Of a DNA stretch of 10,755 nt, positions 7,135 to 10,755 are shown piece after piece (position 1 is the first letter of the stretch; every line of letters begins with the position of its first letter). Under the pieces are notes generated by a model. That model was not told the DNA's origin. It did no database searches and saw only the letters and a program-made list of their open reading frames with translations. The translations under genes were made by a program, and so were the position numbers. This stretch comes from Myxococcota bacterium. GTDB taxonomy: Bacteria; Myxococcota_A; Polyangia; Polyangiales; Sandaracinaceae. The stretch is from the NCBI GenBank assembly GCA_036149055.1, contig JAYZQJ010000095.1, positions 1 through 10,755 on the forward strand. Direction: 5' to 3'.

Positions 7135-7901
7135 TGCAGAGCTCGAGAGAAGCAGCCCCGCTCGTCCAGGTCGAGGGCGTCTGGAAGAAGTTCCTCCACG
7201 AGGAGCGCGAGGTCGTGATCCTCAAGGACCTCGACCTGACGATCGAGCAGGGCGAGATGCTCGCCGTGGTCGGCCCGAGCGGCGCCGGCAAGAGCACCCT
7301 GCTCCACATCCTCGGCACGCTCGACCTGCCGACCGCCGGCTCGATCCGCTACCAAGGGCGCGACGTGACGCGCTACTCGGCCGCGCAGCTCTCGGCGTTC
7401 CGGAACGACAGCCTCGGGTTCGTCTTCCAGTTCCACCACCTGCTCCCCGAGTTCACCGCGATCGAGAACGTGATGATGCCGGGGCTCATCCAGGGGAAGC
7501 GCCGCGGTGAGATGGAGAAGCGGGCCCGCGGGCTGCTCGACGAGGTCGGGCTCAGCCACCGCCTCACCCACCGGCCGGGCGAGCTCTCCGGCGGCGAGCA
7601 GCAGCGCGTGGCCTTCGCGCGCGCGCTGGTGATGGATCCCAAGCTCGTCATGGCCGACGAGCCGACCGGCAACCTCGACTCCAAGACCAGCGAGTCGATC
7701 CACAGCCTCTTCTTCGATCTCAACCGTCGCCGCGGCACGACCTTCCTGATCGTGACGCACAGCCGGGACCTCGCGGACCGGATGCCGCGCAAGGTCTCGA
7801 TGCGCGACGGTCGCATCGAGTCCGACGAGCGTAGGCCCGTCGAGCCCGAGCCCGACGACGCGGCCGAGGCGCCGCTTGACCCCTCCGAAGCCCACGGCTA
7901 G
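7134..7901 (+). CDS. lolD: Lipoprotein-releasing ABC transporter ATP-binding protein LolD (255 aa)
   Basis: TGATG stop/start overlap at 7132-7136. Walker [25 protein letters not shown], signature LSGGEQQRV, Walker B/D-loop [12 protein letters not shown] and H-loop IVTH. The 822-aa ORF-track entry from 5433 is over-extended. Confidence 0.93.
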   Translation: MQSSREAAPLVQVEGVWKKFLHEEREVVILKDLDLTIEQGEMLAVVGPSGAGKSTLLHILGTLDLPTAGSIRYQGRDVTRYSAAQLSAFRNDSLGFVFQFHHLLPEFTAIENVMMPGLIQGKRRGEMEKRARGLLDEVGLSHRLTHRPGELSGGEQQRVAFARALVMDPKLVMADEPTGNLDSKTSESIHSLFFDLNRRRGTTFLIVTHSRDLADRMPRKVSMRDGRIESDERRPVEPEPDDAAEAPLDPSEAHG

Positions 7902-7904
7902 AGC
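7876..7904 (+). promoter_or_regulatory. Candidate internal promoter for bamA in the lolD 3' end: TTGACC-N17-TAGAGC
   Basis: TTGACC (7876-7881), 17 nt, then TAGAGC (7899-7904, whose TAG is the lolD stop). bamA has no clear SD. Confidence 0.35.
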
Positions 7905-7916
7905 TGGCGAAATCTC

Positions 7917-10532
7917 GTGAATCGTTGGCTTCCGTCCGGATCGTTCTTCTTCGCGCTCGCGCTGTCGCTCGCCGCCGCCGGTGGGGTGCACGCGCAGGAG
8001 GGCGACGAGGACGTCGACGCTCTCGAGACCGAGGCGGAGGCCGACGCCGAGACGGAGGCCGACGCCGAAACCGAGCCGGAGGCCGAGCCCGACGCCGAGC
8101 CCGTGGAGGACGAGGACGAGGCGTACGAGCCGGAGGAGGACGGGCCCGACGTCCCCCGCACGCTCTGTCACGGCCGTCGTGTCCGGCGGATCCGCGTGCG
8201 CGGGAACCGGCGCGTGTCGGAGGACGACGTGCGCTCGACGATCCGGCTGCGGCCGGGGGTCACCTGCCGCGACGGGGACGTCGCGCGGGACGCGCAGGCG
8301 CTCTGGAACCAGGGCTTCTACGACGACATCGTCGTCGAGGCCGATCAGCGCGGCGACCGGGTCGACATCACCTTCCGGGTTCGCGAGCGGCCCGCGATCG
8401 GGCGCATCACCTTCGAGGGCAACGACAACGTCGAGCAGAGCGATCTGGTCGAGGTCGTCGATCTGACCGAGGGCGGCATCCTCTCGGTGCCGACGGTGCG
8501 CGAGCAGGTCACCTCGATCCGCGACAAGTACGCCGAGGAGGGCTTCTTCCTCGCGCGCGTCGACTACCGGCTCCGCCGGATGGAGAACAACCAGGTCGAC
8601 GTCGTCTTCCGCATCGACGAGGGCCAGCGCGTCACCGTCCGCCGCGTCCGCTTCGTGGGCAACCGCCACCTGAGCGACGGCGAGCTGCAGAGCGTGATGC
8701 GCACGCGCCAGAGCGGCTTCTTCTCGTTCATCTCGAACGACGACCGCTTCAACCGCGAGCACTTCGAAGAAGACACCACGCGGCTGCAGGCCTTCTATTA
8801 CGACCGCGGCTACCTCGCGATGCGGGTGGGCACCCCGCGCATCGATCTGAGCGCCGACCGGACGTACATCGACGTCACCATCCCGATCGACGAGGGCCCG
8901 CGCTTCCGCATCGGCCGCCTCGTGGTCCGCGAGGTCGACGACGACGGCACCCGGGTCGAGCCCCTCGGCGGCCGGCGCGAGCTCCGCGAGATGGTCACCG
9001 CGAACCCCGGCGAGTGGTTCAACCGGACCCAGATCGCGCAGAGCCTGATGAACATCACCCGGCGCTACCGGGACGAGGGCTTCGCCGCGGTCGACATCGC
9101 GCCCGAGACCGACCTCGACATGGAGCGCCGGGTCGTGCACGTCGCGATCGTGATCCGCCGCGGCCCCCCGGTCCGGGTGGAGCGCATCGAGATCCGCGGC
9201 AACACGAAGACGCGCGACAGCGTCATCCGCCGCGAGGTGCAGCTCGTCGAGGGCCAGCTCTACAGCCAGAGCCAGGCCGAGCAGTCCCGCGCGCGCATCC
9301 AGGCGCTCGGCTACTTCGAGCGGGTCGAGCTCAGCGAGGAGGAGGGCTCGGCGCCCGACCGCCTCGTCGTCTACATCGAGGTCGCGGAGCGCGCGACGGG
9401 CACCTTCCAGGTCGGCGCGGGCTTCAGCTCGATCGAGAACTTCATCCTCACCGGCCAGGTCCAGCAGCAGAACCTGTTCGGCATGGGGCAGTCGCTCAGC
9501 CTCCAGCTGCAGCTCAGCGGCATCCGTCAGCTGGTCCAGATCCAGTTCCTCGAGCCCTACTTCTTCGGCACCGAGTGGACCTTCGGCTTCGACCTCTTCA
9601 AGACCGTCCGCCAGCTGAGCTTCTTCACCCGCGACTCGACGGGCGGCAGCATCACCATCGGTCACCCCCTCGGCGACTACCGGCTGCGCTTCTTCGCCCA
9701 GTTCCGCGCCGACTACGTCGAGATCGGCGCCGCGACCGGCGGCCTCTTCGGCGCGACCGCGACCAACCTGCAGGTCCAGCAGCTCTTCCCGCAGCTGCCA
9801 CTCCGCAACCTCTTCCGCGACGGCCTGACGAACTCGCTGCGCCTCACCGTCACCTGGGACGGCCGCAACAACCGGCTCTTCCCCACCGAGGGCTTCTACG
9901 CCAGCTACTCGGCCGAGATCTCGGACGAGTACCTCGGGTCCGAGGCGCAGAACACGTACATCCGCCACAGCCTCGACACCCGCGTCTACTACCCGATCAT
10001 CCCGGACGTGATCTTCCGGGCGCGCGCGGTCGGCGGCCTCGTCACCTCGCGCCGCGAGACCGGCGTGCCGATCTACGAGCGCTACTTCCTCGGCGGCATC
10101 TTCAACGTCCGCGGCTTCCCGCTCAACGGCCTCGGCCCCCGCCTCGGCATCGGCCGCGACCGCGATCCGAACGTCTACCCCTCGGAGGTCGGCGTCCCGA
10201 TCGGCGGCAACATGCAGTTCTTCTACAACCTCGAGATCGAGTTCCCGATCGTGCAGGAGGTCGGCATCCGGGGCGTCGTGTTCCACGACGGCGGCAACGC
10301 CTGGAACCTCAACGACCAGTTCTGCGGCGCCCCGAGCTCCCTCGTCGGCGCGAGCGCCAACGACCCCTGCGCCTTCCGCCCCTGGGATCTCCGCACCAGC
10401 GTCGGCTTCGGCATCCGCTGGGTCAGCCCCCTCGGCCCCCTGCGCTTCGAGTGGGGCATCCCCCTCGACCGCCGCCCCGAGCTGCGCGAGAACGAGATCG
10501 ACTTCCAGTTCACCATCGGGCAGTTCTTTTAG
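7917..10532 (+). CDS. bamA: Outer membrane protein assembly factor BamA (Omp85 family), 871 aa
   Basis: Signal peptide ending VHA/Q and five POTRA-like repeats (RIRVRGNRRV, RITFEGNDNV, RVRFVGNRHL, RFRIGRLVV, RIEIRGNTKTRDSVIRRE). Beta1 TGTFQVGAGFS, loop-6 NVRGF, SPLGPLRFEWG and C-terminal FQFTIGQFF. Downstream of lolD. Confidence 0.96.
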   Translation: MNRWLPSGSFFFALALSLAAAGGVHAQEGDEDVDALETEAEADAETEADAETEPEAEPDAEPVEDEDEAYEPEEDGPDVPRTLCHGRRVRRIRVRGNRRVSEDDVRSTIRLRPGVTCRDGDVARDAQALWNQGFYDDIVVEADQRGDRVDITFRVRERPAIGRITFEGNDNVEQSDLVEVVDLTEGGILSVPTVREQVTSIRDKYAEEGFFLARVDYRLRRMENNQVDVVFRIDEGQRVTVRRVRFVGNRHLSDGELQSVMRTRQSGFFSFISNDDRFNREHFEEDTTRLQAFYYDRGYLAMRVGTPRIDLSADRTYIDVTIPIDEGPRFRIGRLVVREVDDDGTRVEPLGGRRELREMVTANPGEWFNRTQIAQSLMNITRRYRDEGFAAVDIAPETDLDMERRVVHVAIVIRRGPPVRVERIEIRGNTKTRDSVIRREVQLVEGQLYSQSQAEQSRARIQALGYFERVELSEEEGSAPDRLVVYIEVAERATGTFQVGAGFSSIENFILTGQVQQQNLFGMGQSLSLQLQLSGIRQLVQIQFLEPYFFGTEWTFGFDLFKTVRQLSFFTRDSTGGSITIGHPLGDYRLRFFAQFRADYVEIGAATGGLFGATATNLQVQQLFPQLPLRNLFRDGLTNSLRLTVTWDGRNNRLFPTEGFYASYSAEISDEYLGSEAQNTYIRHSLDTRVYYPIIPDVIFRARAVGGLVTSRRETGVPIYERYFLGGIFNVRGFPLNGLGPRLGIGRDRDPNVYPSEVGVPIGGNMQFFYNLEIEFPIVQEVGIRGVVFHDGGNAWNLNDQFCGAPSSLVGASANDPCAFRPWDLRTSVGFGIRWVSPLGPLRFEWGIPLDRRPELRENEIDFQFTIGQFF
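8035..8070 (+). repeat. 18-nt tandem repeat x2 (EADAET) within the acidic N-terminal linker of BamA
   Basis: cggaggccgacgccgaga and cggaggccgacgccgaaa (17/18 identical), flanked by more degenerate GAGCCC/GAGGCC units. Confidence 0.85.
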
Positions 10533-10755
10533 GAGGGTTTGAAGCAAACCCTCCCCCCATGGGGCGAAGCGCCCATGGGGCCCCCCTCCCGACTCCGTCG
10601 GGACGTCGCGCTTCGCGCTCGTCCCGCGACCCCAGCGCGGGGCGCTGGGGGCCCTGCGGCTCGCGCTCGCGCTTCGCGCTCGCTGGCCGCCTCCTCCACG
10701 TCACCGGCTTCCTCCCCGTCGCTCGCGCTCCGCGCTCGCCGGCCGCCTCCTCCAC
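10532..10755. repeat. Array of consecutive hairpins and direct repeats (REP/MITE-like structured element), truncated by the window end
   Basis: GGAGGGTTTG-AAG-CAAACCCTCC (10532-10554). CCCCATGGG-GCGAAGCG-CCCATGGGG (10555-10580). TCCCGAC-TCC-GTCGGGA (10587-10603). GGGACG..GCGC-TTC-GCGC..CGTCCC (10600-10625). CCCCAGCGC-GGG-GCGCTGGGG (10630-10650). A 36-nt direct repeat at 10664-10699 and 10720-10755 (34/36 identical). Confidence 0.75.

Noticed and set aside
6800..7160. Slight excess of A/T-ending codons at the 3' end of the permease as a sign of foreign DNA
   Set aside because: Only a handful of codons are involved and the protein motifs are continuous. Not supportable without a computed codon-usage profile.
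7077..10547. 1156-aa minus-strand ORF, and the other long antisense ORFs (1034-1939, 1891-3138, 3005-4705, 4684-6075, 5010-5909, 6307-7011)
   Set aside because: These are antisense shadows of clear + strand genes. Stop-poor reverse frames are expected at this GC content and codon bias. No recognisable motifs.
10532..10554. Rho-independent terminator of bamA
   Set aside because: Perfect 10-bp stem, but no U-tract follows on either strand, and it is the first of a series of hairpins.
10664..10755. CRISPR array (36-nt repeat, 20-nt spacer)
   Set aside because: Only two imperfect copies are visible, the spacer is short, there is no AT-rich leader and no cas gene is in the window. A hairpin-repeat element explains it better. 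Downstream sequence is needed to exclude it fully.
10510..10755. 81-aa minus-strand ORF over the hairpin array
   Set aside because: Low-complexity Arg/Ala/Pro translation of palindromic DNA that overlaps the bamA end, with no coding signature.

Overview
High-GC window of a diderm bacterium. The protein families suggest Myxococcota, possibly Polyangiales-like; this is an inference. All credible genes lie on the + strand. In order: the probable 3' end of an upstream CDS (1-195), a secreted TPR protein with a Gly-rich hydrophobic hairpin and C-terminal beta-hairpin (220-1083), and a small predicted 8-stranded outer-membrane beta-barrel (1184-1837). A housekeeping/envelope cluster follows: prfB with the classical +1 programmed frameshift that the ORF track misses (true start 1932), lysS, a single lolC/E(lolF)-type permease, lolD and bamA. 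The cluster itself is ordinary, but four things stand out. (i) The Lol permease carries a ~275-aa extra N-terminal multi-TM domain and a ~85-aa acidic periplasmic insert. (ii) A dense array of hairpins starts at the bamA stop codon, with cGNAg triloops, tandem-GA motifs and a 36-nt direct repeat, resembling a structured ssDNA REP/MITE-like element cut by the window edge. (iii) LysRS has an apparent internal duplication and a shortened loop in its anticodon-binding domain. (iv) There are three TTG-N17-TA promoter candidates lacking the -7 T. I cannot establish a new system from sequence alone. The Lol fusion and the hairpin array are the best candidates.
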